The position numbers and the translations under genes were made by a program. Of a stretch of 64,000 nt of DNA, positions 12,889-29,396 are shown in pieces. Source of the DNA: Chrysomallon squamiferum (lineage: Eukaryota > Animalia > Mollusca); contig CM022667.1 of assembly GCA_012295275.1 (NCBI GenBank), forward strand, positions 11,718,001 through 11,782,000. Direction: 5' to 3'. The notes under the pieces were generated by a model. The model saw only the letters and a list, made by a program, of their open reading frames with translations. It had not been told where the DNA came from and did no database searches. Each line of letters starts with the position of its first letter. The first letter of the stretch is position 1.

Positions 12889-14788
12889 TCATTTTTATTT
12901 TTATTTTATTTTTATTTTCTCTTGTGTCTTTCTTTAATTGTTATTAATTTAAATAGTTATTTCTTTCTTAACTGCAACGTCTAGTATTTTTTTTTTTTTT
13001 TTTTTTTTTACTCATAAGATCATTTTAAGTAATTTACTATTAATATTATTCTGTAAGTAGAAAAGTCGCACGCTATGTTTACGGACTGGTGTTGTTGACG
13101 TCGTATCTCCAGCCCAAACGCGACACTTTCTTAGCATTTCGCCTCTTTTATTAAAATTAGCACGCGACAGTGAAAACGATCGATACCCCGAACGTCCCCC
13201 ATTTATCGCGGCTAATGACTGATAGAGTGACCGTCCTTGACCACGCATGCGCACATAAGGCTCTCTTATACCAGCGGCGCGAAAGTAAGTGGACTTGAAG
13301 TTTTTTTCAGTTAATAACAGGCGAAATGTTATCAGTGCTTGTCCTGGTGCTTGGAATCTGAAACAGTTAATGTGTTTCTTGTCAGCTGGGTATAAAATAA
13401 AAACCATGTCTCATCGGGCAGAACGCGTTATGCGTCTCCCTTGTAATGATCGATAGGTCTCCGAACCCATCACGTTATTCCCATCGTAATTAGCGTAGAT
13501 GTATGTAAGTAATCAATAGATGTGGCAAGTACTGTCCTGTGGGAGGCACTAACAGGTATAACGGGGAGGGGGGAGAAAAAAAATCCGATTTATTTTGCCA
13601 ACTTTTTTATCATTTATTTCAAGCCTTCTTAAAAGGACAAATAAAAAAAAATATTAAAAAATCAAGAAAACATGTTGGTAATTAAACATATTTTCGAAAC
13701 TCAGCATGAATAATAATACTAAATCTTACTGGGAATCAATATCTCTTCAGCAAAACACCAAAAATATCAATACGTCTGGGCTACTTTATGAAATCTCTCT
13801 CTAAAAGCAAGTATATATTTCTAGATAGACCTTAACTTAAATATATTCATAAAGAACTGCCCCCGCACATATACACACATACATTTGATATACTTTTCAG
13901 TGTTTATATATGTTTATGGCTTCCAGCATACACACATATACACACAATTTTGCCTTAGAACTTAATATTTTATTTTATTTTTCAGGTTCAACAGTTTTCT
14001 TAACAGTCAGATGTCAAAGAAAATGGTCATGTGGCAAAATCGACTTGCTCCTTTTGAACTTTGCCTATCACAGGATACGTTTTGTGTGAGGTCGTAACTA
14101 TTAATGATGACGTTAACAAGTGTTTTGATTGGACTTCAACAGAACATGCGCATTCTCACACTAAACCTGCTTCCTGTTCATATTAAAAACGCCATGAGCT
14201 GAGGAAAAATATGAAATATTATTTACTGAATTTTGTTAAAAAAAAAACTTTCATAATATGACTGTAGATACCATTTTCTATTATGCCGTTTTGTTTAAAA
14301 CCAGTGTACCGTTTCAGACTACCTTTAACTTGGGAGTTACGTGAAGAATATTTTCTCGGATATTTTAAATTATGTGAACTAATGTAAATTTACCGTGTCC
14401 TTGTTACCATGAAAGCCACAATTCGCAAAGTACGTAATTGATAAAGGCTATTTGTAATCGTTAATATCCCTACTCTTTCCAAATACCACCATGTACGTAG
14501 TACCTTGAACTGCCCCTCCTCGAATCTTTAAAAGTGTGCGTACTTTATGGAGTTTTCTTTAATTTGATTTATATTGTATGTTATCGTAATATTCTGCGTA
14601 AGATTCCTTGTTTAAATAATTATTTAGAATCAGTTTCTTTGCTTATTTTGTTTTTCGCCTCTTACCTTCTTCATTTTTATTTTTTTATTTACATGTTATT
14701 TTATTTTACTGTTTATCTCCATTGTTCTTTTTTATCAAGCTGTCAAAAATTATGACTATTTTATTATTGTCATTGTTTTTGTTATTGC

Positions 14789-14875
<87 letters not shown>

Positions 14876-16646
14876 CGTCATCGTCATCGTATAATAATTA
14901 TATTTTCCGTCTTAATTCAAATATCACAGAACTCATTTTCCAAAGTTTTTATCATTTAACATTCAAAGTGCGTATCGATTATTTCTTCGATCTTTCCACT
15001 AAGTAATTTCTAAGATTTGTATCGATTCGGTTATATTTATCGATTAATTGCCATTTCTCTCTGCCGATTTCGCCACTGGATTAGAAACCAAAATCTAAAC
15101 AGCAATATAATACGAGATGCCTTATAAACAGCATAAGTATATATGACTTATAATCTGTCTGTGTATTTGTCTATCTATTTGTGTCCGTCTGTCAGCATAT
15201 AACATTCATATTTCGAATTATTTTAAAACATTTAAAATAAAACAAATTAAATACAGAAGCTAACCAAAGACCGCCCACTGTGTATTATAGTTTTATTTTC
15301 TCGTGTGTATATTTTTAAAAGTGTCTTCCAGTTGTTATTACCTTCCCCAGACAAGGGACCAGTTTTTCTGAAATAAAATATTTTGATATACCTTTTACGT
15401 GTTTTTCATATAATTGTATTGGTATATGTTGTTGTATTGTTCATTATTATTTTTTTGTATTTATTAATTATTATTATTATCAATTTATATATTTTTTATA
15501 TGTGTATTTGTTTGTCTTTGTACTTGTGTGTGTGTTACACACACACAGACACACACACACACACAGTTAACTACTTTTTTATATAAAAGCAGCCACATTT
15601 TTTTCTTGCTTTCGTTTTTGTTTTTAATCCAGTAGCTTTCATGATCTATCTGCAAATTGCAGACTTCATCAAATTTTTTTATTTGCACACCGAAACTAAC
15701 TTTTATGTTCTGTTTTATTGTTTCTCTCGTAAAAAAGAAATAAAGAAAGAAAGAAATCCAGTTTTATCTTCAGTTTGGCATGGTAGTAAATATTTTTCTC
15801 GTTCTGCTTGCACATAACTTACAAACTTCATCTTGATATTTCTCTTTTGTTCCGGCACGGTGTATTAAATAGGCTTCTCAAAATGAAAGAATCTTTTTTT
15901 TTTTTTTTTTTTTTTTTTTTTCGTTTTTCTTAATTTTGTTACTATAGAAACTCATTTTTGAACCAGGGGCAAATCGACCTTGCTAATATTATAACCATTA
16001 CTGTCCCAGTGATACAGATACGTCTACAAACCAGAACGAACCGTTTCACCTTTCATACACAACTTTCAACACGACCTCATTAACGTTCTATGTGAAAGTG
16101 TGATCATTATGTACAACAACAACAAAAAAAATGTATATATATATAACGGTGAATCGCATCAAAGACAAGACATCCTTACGTCGTCACAGCATACAATGAT
16201 GTCTCTGTACAAAATAATTATTTTTACTTCCAGATGTTACATCACTCACGATTATGAAAGACGTAACATCTTCAGATACAGATGATGAGATTTGTAATGA
16301 CGCATGGATTCAGCTGATAACTTCAAAACCGTCTTCTCCGTGAGAAAGAAAGACAAAAAAATAAAAAAATCCTGGAGGTGATGTCTGTTTTTTTTCAGTT
16401 TATCAGAGGGCGAAGTCTAACTGCGCAGTTTAGATATTAAAGTGCTTACAGGACGCTTTTCTTGTTACGCTATAAATAACTGCTCTGCTGGTTGATACAC
16501 TTTGCCGAGTTTCCAGTCTCGTAGGTACCACGATCGCACCCTTGGTTCCTTCATTCTTATCGTCAGATAATTTGTTGAGGTGTAAGCCCTCTATATTTTT
16601 GACGTTTTGTTCTATTTTTAAATGTTTTAAATTTTTATTCATTCAT

Positions 16647-16689
<43 letters not shown>

Positions 16690-16752
16690 TTATAGTCATT
16701 ATTATTATTATTACTATTATTATTATTATTATTATTATTATTTATTCATTTA

Positions 16753-16798
<46 letters not shown>

Positions 16799-17514
16799 GA
16801 TGTTGTTGTTGTTGTTGTTGTTGATTTTTTTTTTTCTATCTTCGTCCCAATCGTCTAACATATAGCCAGTTTAGGAGCACGATTTTATATAATATGAAAG
16901 CCTCATAAAATGGGAAATAGTTACAATGAAATTAAAATAAAATAAACTAAAAAATGTCAAGTTTAATTCCATATGCTACAAAAAAAAAAAAAAAAAAAAA
17001 AAAGGCGTACATAACTGAATTTAATAATTTAATCATTATGATTTTTTTTTATTATTATTTTCTTTTATTGATTAAACACCTACATAGTCGCGTGAAAACG
17101 TAAATCTAATAATAACCGAAGAACAAACAAAAAATCTACACAGCCCGGACGTGAACATCTATATCTGAACAAAGCGACGTCACCAAAACCCAAGGATAAT
17201 AATAAGAAATATAAATATCTAATTAAAATAGTGTTTGTTCATTAGTTGTACCTGTGAATTCGTTTGCCCGTCTTACAGTTATCACCTTTACATTACTTAC
17301 AGAAATCAAACGCAGTGACATGACAGTATGTGGTACTGAAGGGCTGCATTAACTTTGTTTAACAAGATTCATTAACAAGGTTCGTAAACCAGTGACTAAT
17401 TGGTGGATCTACGCATGTAAAGACAGAGCGACCGACAAAAACGTAGAGAAACAAAGAATAAGAATGTTAATTAATACCACATGACCACAAGTAATAATAA
17501 TAATAATAATAATA

Positions 17515-17575
<61 letters not shown>

Positions 17576-18485
17576 TAATAATAATAATAACAACAACAAC
17601 AACAAAAACAAAAAACAATGACAACAACAAGAACACAGTAGCAGTGGTAGTAGAAGTTGTTGTAGTGGTAGTAGTAATAGTTGTAGTAACAGAAGTGTTG
17701 GTATTAGTATCTGGAGTAGCTGTTGATGTATTAATATTAATAGTAGAGTAATGTTGGTGGTGGTGTTGTAGTAGTAGTAGTAGTAGTGGTAGTAGTAGTG
17801 GTAGTAGTAGAAGCAGTGAGAAAAAGGTCTACAGCACCAACAATAATGACAATGGTAACAATACCAAAGGTGTAAACAATCAAAATGATAGACAATGATA
17901 ATTAATTAATACTGATGGTGACTGTGACAGTGACATGATAAAAATGTCACTGATAATATTGTCATGATAACTGTCATCTTCTCAAGTTATTAATTATAAA
18001 TCAACTAATCACGACACAGGAAAGAAATACGATCGCACACACAACCCGCACTGAACTAAGCTATAATTAATGAAGCACAAATGATGTGAAACTGGACTAG
18101 CGATAGGATACGATCGCGCAAACCACGGAGTATAATAATTTGAAAACTTGTTCTGTATATTCCCCGCCCCCGTTTTAAAAAGTATTGCAAAGATCTGATC
18201 GCTTAGTTCCGAAATATGAAGCGAGGAAGCAGCTTTTGGTCGTGGGAGAGAGAATTATTCTGAAGATGAAGCTGTGAAGCAGATGTCGCCTACCTGTCAG
18301 ATGAAGAGAGAGTGACGGGTTTGAGAGCGCATTAGGGATATAACGAAATTAATTAGTAATATTTATCAGTATCTTTATTGTTGTACGTCTGTGCTGTGTT
18401 GTTTTTGTTTATATTCCTTTTGTGCCTGAATTATATGCAGTTGTAGCAGTAGTAGTAGTTCTTGTGTAGCAGTAGTAGTAGTAGT

Positions 18486-18539
<54 letters not shown>

Positions 18540-19388
18540 TTATTGTGATAATGGGCAAGTTACTGAATGCAGTAGAACTTTATGAAGCTTTCATATCCGT
18601 AGTTGTAAATCCGTAGTGGTAATTGTTGATGCAGCTGTTTCTGTCCTTTATGTCTCCTGCTACACCAATACAATTCAACTGTAATGTGAATTGATTTTAA
18701 ATTTTTCGGTTAATATTTCAGGCATTCCAAACGAGATTATATTGCTAAAGATACGATCACGTAATTATGTCCTGGTTACGCATTCCTGAAGCCGGAGTTA
18801 ACTGCTCTTTCACCAGCATAATAAGCTTTGGTTAGATAATTTGGTCCCAGTTGGTGGAATTCATAAACCCATTCATTTCGCGAAAGTACAGCAAACGTAA
18901 TGCTACAAGTAAAGCGTATCATAGTGCGTATTACTTTCCATCTGAGCAGAATATTCGCAAACATTTTCTAATATTATATATATACACTAATTACCAAAAG
19001 ACGCCGTGAAATCGATCCCGGTGAATAAGTTCAAAGACCTGTATTGTCTTCTCTTCTGAAAAACCAAAATGGTAGAGTTCGGTTTCCCATTACATCAATC
19101 ATGTTGAAACGAAAGCTTTTAGTGGAAAGAAACAATTGTACAACCCCAGCGGTCAGAAAGAACGAAGGGTCTCGAAAATAACGATGTGAAGATTTCAATG
19201 TCTTGAGTGATTTGGGCTTTTCATAAATCATCAGCTGATATTGTAATGTGAGAATGTTAACGGAACGGGAAGTAATGGTTTGTGAATGGAATATATGTAT
19301 TTATTTTGTTATTGACGAAATAAATAAGTAGTTGTGTTACGGCAAAACCTAGATACACTACGACTGTTAAAGAATTAAACATAATAAC

Positions 19389-19437
<49 letters not shown>

Positions 19438-20587
19438 GTAATACAGATACCGAACCATTTAACTGCCTTCAAAAAATCCGGAAAACCCTGAAAACCGGCT
19501 ATTTTTTATTTTTGTTTCTATTTTTATTTATTTATTTATTTTATTTTTATTTTATTTTTTTTTTTTTTTTTTAAACTGACTATTTTTAAATTTGGCGTTC
19601 TATAGTTCGCCATTGTTTTGGTTTCCATGACGTACGCGATGAATGACGTAAGTTTAAGTGTGAATGATGACGTGTAGAGGTGATGTTCTCATAGTAATTC
19701 ATAATTATACAGTATACAGCTGTAATGAGTTACTGTTAAATAACATATTGTTCGTATTTATTTATTTAGTTAGTTAGTTAGTTATTATTTTCATCTGATA
19801 TATTATACATGGCATTATAAGAAATTTAAATGTTTCAAAAAGTGTACTGATTTGTACTTATATCTTTTAAATAAAAATTATGTTCTTTCTTTTCATCTTA
19901 TTTATTATACATGGTGTTCTATAAAGGTATTTTAATAAATTTAATGGATTAACAAAGATCAATTGTTAAATCCAATAATTTCTATATTTTATATTTTATA
20001 TTTATACTAAGCATATTTCCAAAAATCTGGTCCATACACTTTTAAAGGCTTGTCGGATACATAGTTCAGTACCTGTAATAATAATAATGATGATTATGAT
20101 GATGACGACGATAATAATAATAATAATAATACAATTTATTTTTATTTATCTGATTATTTACGATGATTTTTGGCAAAGAAAACACATACACACACACGCA
20201 CACACACACATGTAATTAGATGCAGATGACCACTGGTCAAACAGGACACGTGCTCTGAGGACATCACATTAATAAAATCATTCTTTCACCTGTGTAAATC
20301 ATGTGTCTTGTTATTAACACATTTGTTCATGTTAGTTCATGAAATCAAAATTTCATATGTAGTAATTATTTATATTAAACTGTCCCATTTGTTTATAACC
20401 TCAGCAATGGTAATGGTAAAACAACGACGACAACAACAGCAACAACACTAAGAATAACAACAACAACAACAACAACAATAATAATATTAAACAAGTAACA
20501 CTACTGTTATTACTTTTACTACTACCATTACTATTACCATAGTCCTTACCAGCAACAACAGAAACACAACAATAATAATAATAATAA

Positions 20588-20618
<31 letters not shown>

Positions 20619-20656
20619 AAGAAGAAGAAGAAGGAGAAAAATAACAAACAGCAAGC

Positions 20657-20708
<52 letters not shown>

Positions 20709-21510
20709 ACATTCATTACTTACATATTATTTTTTTCCATCTTAATTTTTTTTTTTCACAATATTAACTGTAATGTACTTTTTTTGTTAACTGTCAATTT
20801 TTGTTTCTGAATTTTTCCAGTAAATTATAAATGAAAAAAACAAACAGGCATTAAATAATTTTTAATCCTACATTTATTTTAGCATGCAAAGTCACACCAG
20901 TTACTCCACACACAAACATTAGCTATTTTCTGCGTTTAAATTTACATTTAATAACTTAGAAATATCTAAGGTCATTTCGCATTAGAAGAAAATGCTAGTT
21001 ATGTAACGTACCCAGAAATAGTTTGCTTTATTTTTACCTTCTTGTTAGATAACAGGCGCATACATATTCATTTAATATTTCTGGTTACAGGGAACTCTTG
21101 GTAAACAAATATTTACGCTCAGATATTTAAATTAATCTGAAACAGGAGAAATTTATATCAGCTTGGTTTCAGGTTGGTTTCAGTAATTTAAATTTCCTTT
21201 ATGTCTGAATGGTTGCTCTGGCTGTAATTTTGTGTGAGATTAACTTCCGTCTTCCGGGTTCAGCGATCACGTTGCTGACAAGTCCGATAACTCTAACTCA
21301 CCCAGATTTTTTTGTTGCACTGTTCGTTGATGCATGAAGTAAAATGACAATTAATATTCTGCGAACAATTTTTATTTATTTATTTATTTGTTTATTTTGT
21401 TTATATGTTTGTTTGTTTATTGCTTAATTTTACATAAGTACATTATTACTGAAATATAATCCTCTATCTGCATATTTATGTAATTATCTGCCTGCTTTTG
21501 TGTGTATGTG

Positions 21511-21569
<59 letters not shown>

Positions 21570-22734
21570 CTTTACTAATGGGGAAAAAACAGCACGCGGG
21601 TAGTGTTAATGAGAACTATTTAGAAAAGCAAGCACTACAAAAGAAAGTTGATTAGATGTTTTTTTGTATGGAAATATCTTGGGAATTTGTAGCTGACGTC
21701 TGATTGAAGGATCATTAACTTAATTCTGTTTTTAAAATATATAAAAAAAAAAATATGTAAAGAAAATATTTAAAATATTTTCACTTTTCAATTATATCTT
21801 TAAATTGTTTCTATGTATGTATGTATGTATGTATGAATCAGTGTATCTGCTTCCTTGTCTAGCTGTCTATCTACATATTTATCGGTCTATCTACATATAT
21901 ATATATATATATATATACCTTTATAATATCTATGTATGTCTGTCCCTCTAGTTAGCTGTCTATCTAGTTTCCTATTTATAACTATCGGTATCTATTTATC
22001 AGTCTGTCTATATGTCTGTCTGTGTCTGTCTGTCTATCTATCTATATATCTCCATGCATACACACAGATACAAAATATTTAACACATACACACACACACA
22101 CATACAGACTCACACACACACATTCACCGCAGTTTCACTCACTTTATCTCTCTTTCTGACCTTTCACATTACACAAAAATAACATCCTGTTATGTACTAA
22201 AGACATCTGGAAGTTAGGTCAACAGTTGCTTCACCCTGTTGACTGCGAATCACCTTTCACTCTAAACACACCCTTAATAACGAAAAATGTTCAATTAATA
22301 TTAAAATATTTCCGTTTACCTAACACACCTTTAATACCGAAAAATCTTCAATCCATATCTATCTGTTACCTAACAAGAACGTAAAAATAAAGCAAGAGGT
22401 GTTTTTATTTTTATTTTTTACCTACGTTACATAATTTGTGTTTTCTTGCCTATGAAATAACGCTACGTATTTCTGTATTAATGTAGTAAATAAAATGATT
22501 AATGGTTATTTTTATGTTAACTTACGTAACTGGTTTGATTATTTATATTAATATAACTCTCTGTTAATTACAGTAAGTTAGTGACTTCTTCAGCTTCAGT
22601 TCACTGGTAAAGTTAGAAAGAGGTTATGTCATTGGAGAGAATAACACATAACATTTAATATTCTGAAAAATATTCTGAAAAATATCCTGATAGAAAAAAA
22701 TAGGAGAATAAGTAATGAATAATCGTGTTAGTTG

Positions 22735-22777
<43 letters not shown>

Positions 22778-22829
22778 CATCATCATCGTTATCATTATCA
22801 TTATCATCATTATTATTATTTTATTTTTA

Positions 22830-22860
<31 letters not shown>

Positions 22861-23608
22861 CATCATCATTATCATTATCATTATCATCATTATTATTATT
22901 TTATTTTTATTATTATTATTATCATTATCATCATTAGCTTTATTAATAGTTGTAGTAGCAGTAGTGGTAGTGATTGTAGCAATGGTAGCTATAGTGACAG
23001 TAATTGTCGTAGCAGTAGCTATAGTTGAGGTAATAATAACAGTAGTAGTAGTAGTATTTATACAATTCTATTATTATAATTATTGTTGTTGTTGTTGTTG
23101 TTGTTGTGATACTGCTGCTGCTGCTGTTATTGTCGTCGTTTTAGCATTACCATTATTGATAAGTTATAAACAAATAAGACAGTTTAACTAAATAAATAAT
23201 AAACATAATAAATTAATAATTTCCAGCTGTATAATTATCTTGCGAAACAAACACGAAGAATGCGGAAATGACTTCTCACGTGATTTACACACGTGATGGA
23301 AGGATTTTATTAATGTGATGTCCACACAGCACGTGCTCAGTTCGGCCACTGGTCATCTACAAGGTAATGAGTATCATAAAATCAATACGACGCATTTAAT
23401 TGTTAAAAATGACAGATTTATCAAAATAATTATGACGGAAAAATATTGTATATGAATACCTGTAAAACAGTCAAAAGAAAATATTTATTAATATTAAATA
23501 AAGAAAACAGAAAAACTGTTGATTTTGATTGTTTGTATATTTGTTTATCATACGAATCCACTGTTTAATGAACCAGATTTATAACTGTTTTATCTTTTTC
23601 TGTGTTGC

Positions 23609-23674
<66 letters not shown>

Positions 23675-23720
23675 TTATTAATCGCTTTTTTAGATCTTTT
23701 CGTTTTTATTTACTCTTTTT

Positions 23721-23751
<31 letters not shown>

Positions 23752-24967
23752 TTATTATTATTATTATCATCATCATCATCATTATTTTAAGCACATTGTT
23801 TAAGCTGTTACGTTCGATTCCCTATCAAAGTTCACGTCACTACCGAAGTGCTGGTGAACCGAAGAACTTTTAAACACTGTTACAAAATCAGCTCGCTCTA
23901 ACGAGCCCAGTCTGAACTAACGTCTCGGTAACGAGGCGCTCAGCATGGCAGCACGAGCCTATGACAAAAATCTCAAGTCAGTGACTATATTTGGTACACA
24001 CGCCGCGGTTTGTCGCCGCGTGCCTGTCAGTTTCTCTCTAGTATTACCTTTAATTAATACCTTAACGAGTGATTGTGTTTTTTATTTTTTTATTTATTTT
24101 TTGTTTTTTTTTTGATAATTTTTTTCTTTAAAGGTAGCACCAAAATAAAATGAGGGTGAAAAAAAAAAAAGAGAAAAAAAGAGAAAAATTAAAGAAAGAA
24201 AAAGAATAACAAATTAACGATCACAATTTCTGTTTAAGAAGAAGAAGAAAAAGAAGAAGAAGGAGGAGGAGGAGGAGAAGGAGGAGGGAGAGGAGGAGGA
24301 AAGTAAGAAGAAAAAAGAAAGTAAAATCGTATGCAGTTGTTTTATTTATGAAGACTAAACCGGACTTCCTGCAGTTTTCGCCGTCTTTAAATCAATCTAT
24401 GTTCGTGACGTTGGCGAACATGTTAATTGCAGTGTTTATCTCTTGAGTGGTAGTAACAGGAAACGTTAACACAAAACGTCGTCGATGCACACGACTTTCA
24501 GAGCCGCCATTAACCGATAACTTTTCATTGGTCAGTTTTGTGCAAGTAGCTCATGCGCGAACGCTTGATAGTTCAGTTGATGAAAATAGATACAGTTTTA
24601 TTAAGCCGTAACGACGACGAAGTCAGGATTGTACTGACCAGAACTCTTCAGTTTGTAAAACGATAACTTTTTTTTTTTATAGCTGCACAACAGAATAAAA
24701 TACCAATGATTCCTGTCTATTTCAGACACCGTTAATATAACAAGACATCTCTTAACCCAACATTATGACGAACGGAAATGCCAGAGAGGTCTCAGCGGTA
24801 AAATATTTTAATCATTTTGATTGGATAAAATACAAATTATTTTTATTATCGTTTTGAACGGAAACCTTTTTCAAAAGCTTTTAGTAAGTTATTTTTGTTG
24901 TTGTTGTTGTTTATTTATTTTATTTTATTTTATTTTATATTTTTATTTTTACTGAAATCCCACTGAC

Positions 24968-25014
<47 letters not shown>

Positions 25015-25068
25015 TCTATTGTTGTTGTTGCTGCTGCTGCTGTTGTTTGTTTGTTTCGATTTTTTGCT

Positions 25069-25109
<41 letters not shown>

Positions 25110-25585
25110 CGTTCTTTTTTTTTTCCCCCGTTGTAACAGAAGAATATTCAATTTCCAAGAATCATTTAAACACGTTTTAATCTTACAGTCATTAATACCA
25201 CACGGATATATTTTTCTTCTCATTCTTATTCAGATATTCGTTGTAAACATATTTTTACTGCGTGGCTCTGAAATCTCGGCGATTTCCTGGTCTTTCTTTG
25301 CACCCGCCTTCGCTCTTCAATAAACTATTCTGAAGTTTACATTAAAAGGGAAATTATATTCCAGAAGAGAATCGGTTATACGATCAAAAGAAACTGTTAT
25401 TGCTTTCAAGATGGCCTTCAAGTGAACGAGTTACTACTTGACGAAACAGACATCTGCAAATTAACATGAGAAGACCCTTGACGTCATAATGTCACGTGAT
25501 CATAGAGTTCAGAAGAAACGTACTTGACACAACATGTGTATGTATCATCGTACCATTACATCCAGCGTGAGAACAGTACGTCATT

Positions 25586-25650
25586 CGTGACATCAATATG
25601 TAAATCGTGACATCATTATGTACGGCGTGACATTATTATTAACGGCGTGA
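25586..25650. repeat. 20-bp tandem repeat, about 3-4 units
   Basis: cgtgacat(c/t)a(a/t)tat recurs at 20-bp spacing. Confidence 0.7.
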
Positions 25651-25812
25651 ATACGTATCTATTGTATTGGATCAAAAACATGAAACAAGAACAAAACAAC
25701 CCTAAAAAAAAACACAAAAAAACCCACGAAAATCTGAATCATCGAAATTTAATCAGAAAAATGTTTCACTGATATATGAAGATAACGTCATCTCTGTGTT
25801 ACTTAATGATGT

Positions 25813-25879
<67 letters not shown>

Positions 25880-26125
25880 CGCTCGCTCTCTCTATTGTTC
25901 GCTCGTTCTTTTAAAGTTATCATTATTATTATTATTATTATACCTTAAAGAGAGAAAGAAAGCTTTTTTTTTAAATGTAATTATGACATTACCTTTACAA
26001 ACAAAATCTTTCGTTTATCTCCTTTGTTATTAATTTTCTATTTTCTATTTTATCTACTTTCTTCTTTTAACACAAAATTGTAAGATATATTTTGTCTATT
26101 TTTATTTTCTTGATAGGAAAGAATC

Positions 26126-26162
<37 letters not shown>

Positions 26163-26300
26163 ATTAATAAAATAATAATAAAACAAGAACAATAATAATA
26201 TTTTTTTTTTTTTAAGTATTGTCATAATTATTAATAGGATCATCACGATGGTTATTATTATCGTCAGTACAATTATTTTCATACTCTTTTTTCTTTTCTT

Positions 26301-26335
<35 letters not shown>

Positions 26336-27013
26336 TTTTCACTCTATCACTCAGAAGAAGAAAGACTGAAATTACTTCGGAAGTAATTAAATCTATCTGG
26401 ATTACAATTTTAACAGAAACCATTCAAGACACTGTGCTGAGTTAGTATTATCATCAAAACGAAAATAGGCTTTGGTCGATAACCGGTTGGAAAAAGAAAC
26501 GTTGAAAGAAAAACGAAACAAATAAACAAACAAATAAAAAAAAATATAATAATAATAAAAAGAGAAAGAAAGAAAGAAAATTAAGGGGAGGGAAATGAAG
26601 CCTGAAAAGAATAAAAAAAATAAAACGAGTGGGAAAAAAAAATCTATGGAAATGTTTTCGATGACAGAAGCTGAAATGTTTCTGACATTTTTCATTTAGT
26701 AAAAATGCCACGAAGCCTTCTCAAGAGACCAGGGAGCTAATTAGATTACCGCCCATCTCTCTCTCCTCGGCTGACATTTACAATTATCAAACTGCCGTAA
26801 ACATTGAGATAAATAAGATTTTGTTAGAGATTTGTTTTTTCATTCTGTGAAATTTGGTCACTCTTTGTAAAACTAAAACACAATTTAATTTTCATCTTGC
26901 GTTACTTACCATCGATCTTACTCAGCTTAACACAGATGTATGCAGATCATGATGCTGTTACTTGAAAGACTTGTATAGCCATCTCTCTCTCACCCATACA
27001 CACACATACTCAT

Positions 27014-27126
<113 letters not shown>

Positions 27127-27163
27127 TCGTGATGCTTTTACCAAAATGTTGTACATCCATCTG

Positions 27164-27273
<110 letters not shown>

Positions 27274-29306
27274 AGAAAGACACAGAGAGAGAAAGAAAGA
27301 TTATAACATTTATATTCATTTATTTTCCTTAACTGTGTCTACTGTTTAAATGATCCGTTTTCTTGTTTTTGAGAAGACCTTTTTCGAAAAATCTCCCAGA
27401 TTGTAGATTGCTCCATTGATTAACTTAATAACCAGTTGAAGAAAGTAGTATGTTGCCTTCAGTTTTTTGCCTGCAGCCCAAAAAATCGATGTTCACCTGC
27501 TAAACCTTTTTAACAGTATGACCGCCATCATATAATACTAAATTATACATATACTTTTCCATTACTCTTGATTCATTCATCAGCCGTCAAATTTTACTAT
27601 CATACAGCTTTTTCATAAATTACTAAATACATAGAAGTTTTACAGGAGCTAATATCTTTTATGGACTCATTAATTTCAGTCACGTCAGAATTTTGAAATG
27701 TTCTTTCGTTAATAGCAAGTTTTAGTAAGTAAAGGGAGATAATCCGTCAGGCAAAGACGAGATCAAACGGTGACATTTACTTCTGGCGAGTTCATTACTG
27801 TAATTTACAAGTAGAAAGGGTTATTGAAAGGCGTGGGCTAATGGATTCCCAGTAAATAAAATTAATCACGATAATGTAACATGTGTAATGAAAGTTTTAA
27901 ATATGAACAAAATGTCAACATTACGGAAGAAAAAGAAAGTACTTTTCTTCTTGTTTTTCTTCTTCCACGTTCTCTGTTATTATCATTATCATCATTATCA
28001 CCATCATCATCATCATCATTATTAACATTATTATTATTATTATTATTATTTATTATTATTATTATTATTATTTATTATTATTATTAATGTGCATGTTTAT
28101 TTTCTAATAATTATTTATCTGCTAATAAACAATTTCTGCAGTTTGACTGTTAAGCACCGTCTTCAAGACTTGTACATACAGAGACTGAATCCTAATTCAG
28201 ATTTATATCCGCTATTAATTGTATTAACACTCTACCCTTTTGTACTCACCTAATTCTCGAAAACACTAACAGTGTCGGAAAGATACCGCAAATTCGTGGC
28301 TTGAGTACCCATAACAAACGTGTTTGGACTTTCAGTGGACACATGCACATTTCGGTTAAGTTGATGATTTTAATAATGAAAACTTATTTTTAAACAAAAG
28401 CATGAACTATTTGCGAACCATACAGTAAAAATTCACACATCTTTCTGTATTGATTTCCGGTCACTCATACTGTATCCTAATTATAATTAATAAAGAGATA
28501 TATCACATTTACTGTCAGTAAAACAAGTTTTTCTCTTCTTTTTTTTTCCTTAATTAAATTTAGAGAATAATAAATCTTTTCATGCTTTTCTTCTGGATTT
28601 AGACATTTACAAATCCTTAACTTCATAAAATAATTACCACACATGTTCATCTATGAATTTCTATTTTTATTTACTTTACATTTTTCGATTTTATTACTTT
28701 TCTTTTTTCTTTTTTTTTAAATCATTCAAATATTAACAGAAAATATAATCATCCAATTAATGTTTGATATAATTACGATATTTACGTTTTTTATTAAAGT
28801 TCGAAGCTAATACATGATGCTATTAAAAACTAAAAAGCCGATTAACGAATAATGTAAAAATAAATAAAAAATAAATAAAAACTTTCGCCTCTGTTTGACA
28901 TTTTCCGATATTTTTATTTATTATTTATTTATTTATTTATTTTGTGTGTGTGTGTGTGTGTAGCTGTGTGTGTGTGTGTGTCGTTTCAGTCTGGTTTGAA
29001 TTGATGCAAAGACAGTTTTTTGTTGTTGTTGTTGTTGTTTTCAACAATGTTCTTAACAAATGTATTGTACATAATTTAGCAAATACTTCGTTCGACACGA
29101 CACTGATCACTGCCGAAAACCGGCAGACTTCCGGTATAATTCCTCGCTAATCTATTTCCACCTCGAGAGATGTTATTCTATTTGACAACTGTTTTTTTTT
29201 TTTTTTTTTTTTTTAAATAAAATCTGCAAGTCGACGGTATTATTATTTATTTTATTATTATTATTATTATTATGATTATTATTATTATTACTATTATTAT
29301 TATTAT

Positions 29307-29396
<90 letters not shown>

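Noticed and set aside
13012-13407. 131-aa minus-strand ORF over the CpG-rich segment
   Set aside because: No recognisable domain; open frames are expected in GC-elevated promoter-like DNA.
14104-14201. Possible C/D-box snoRNA (ATGATGA ... CTGA, about 98 nt)
   Set aside because: No terminal stem, no clear C'/D' boxes and no rRNA-complementary guide that I can recognise.
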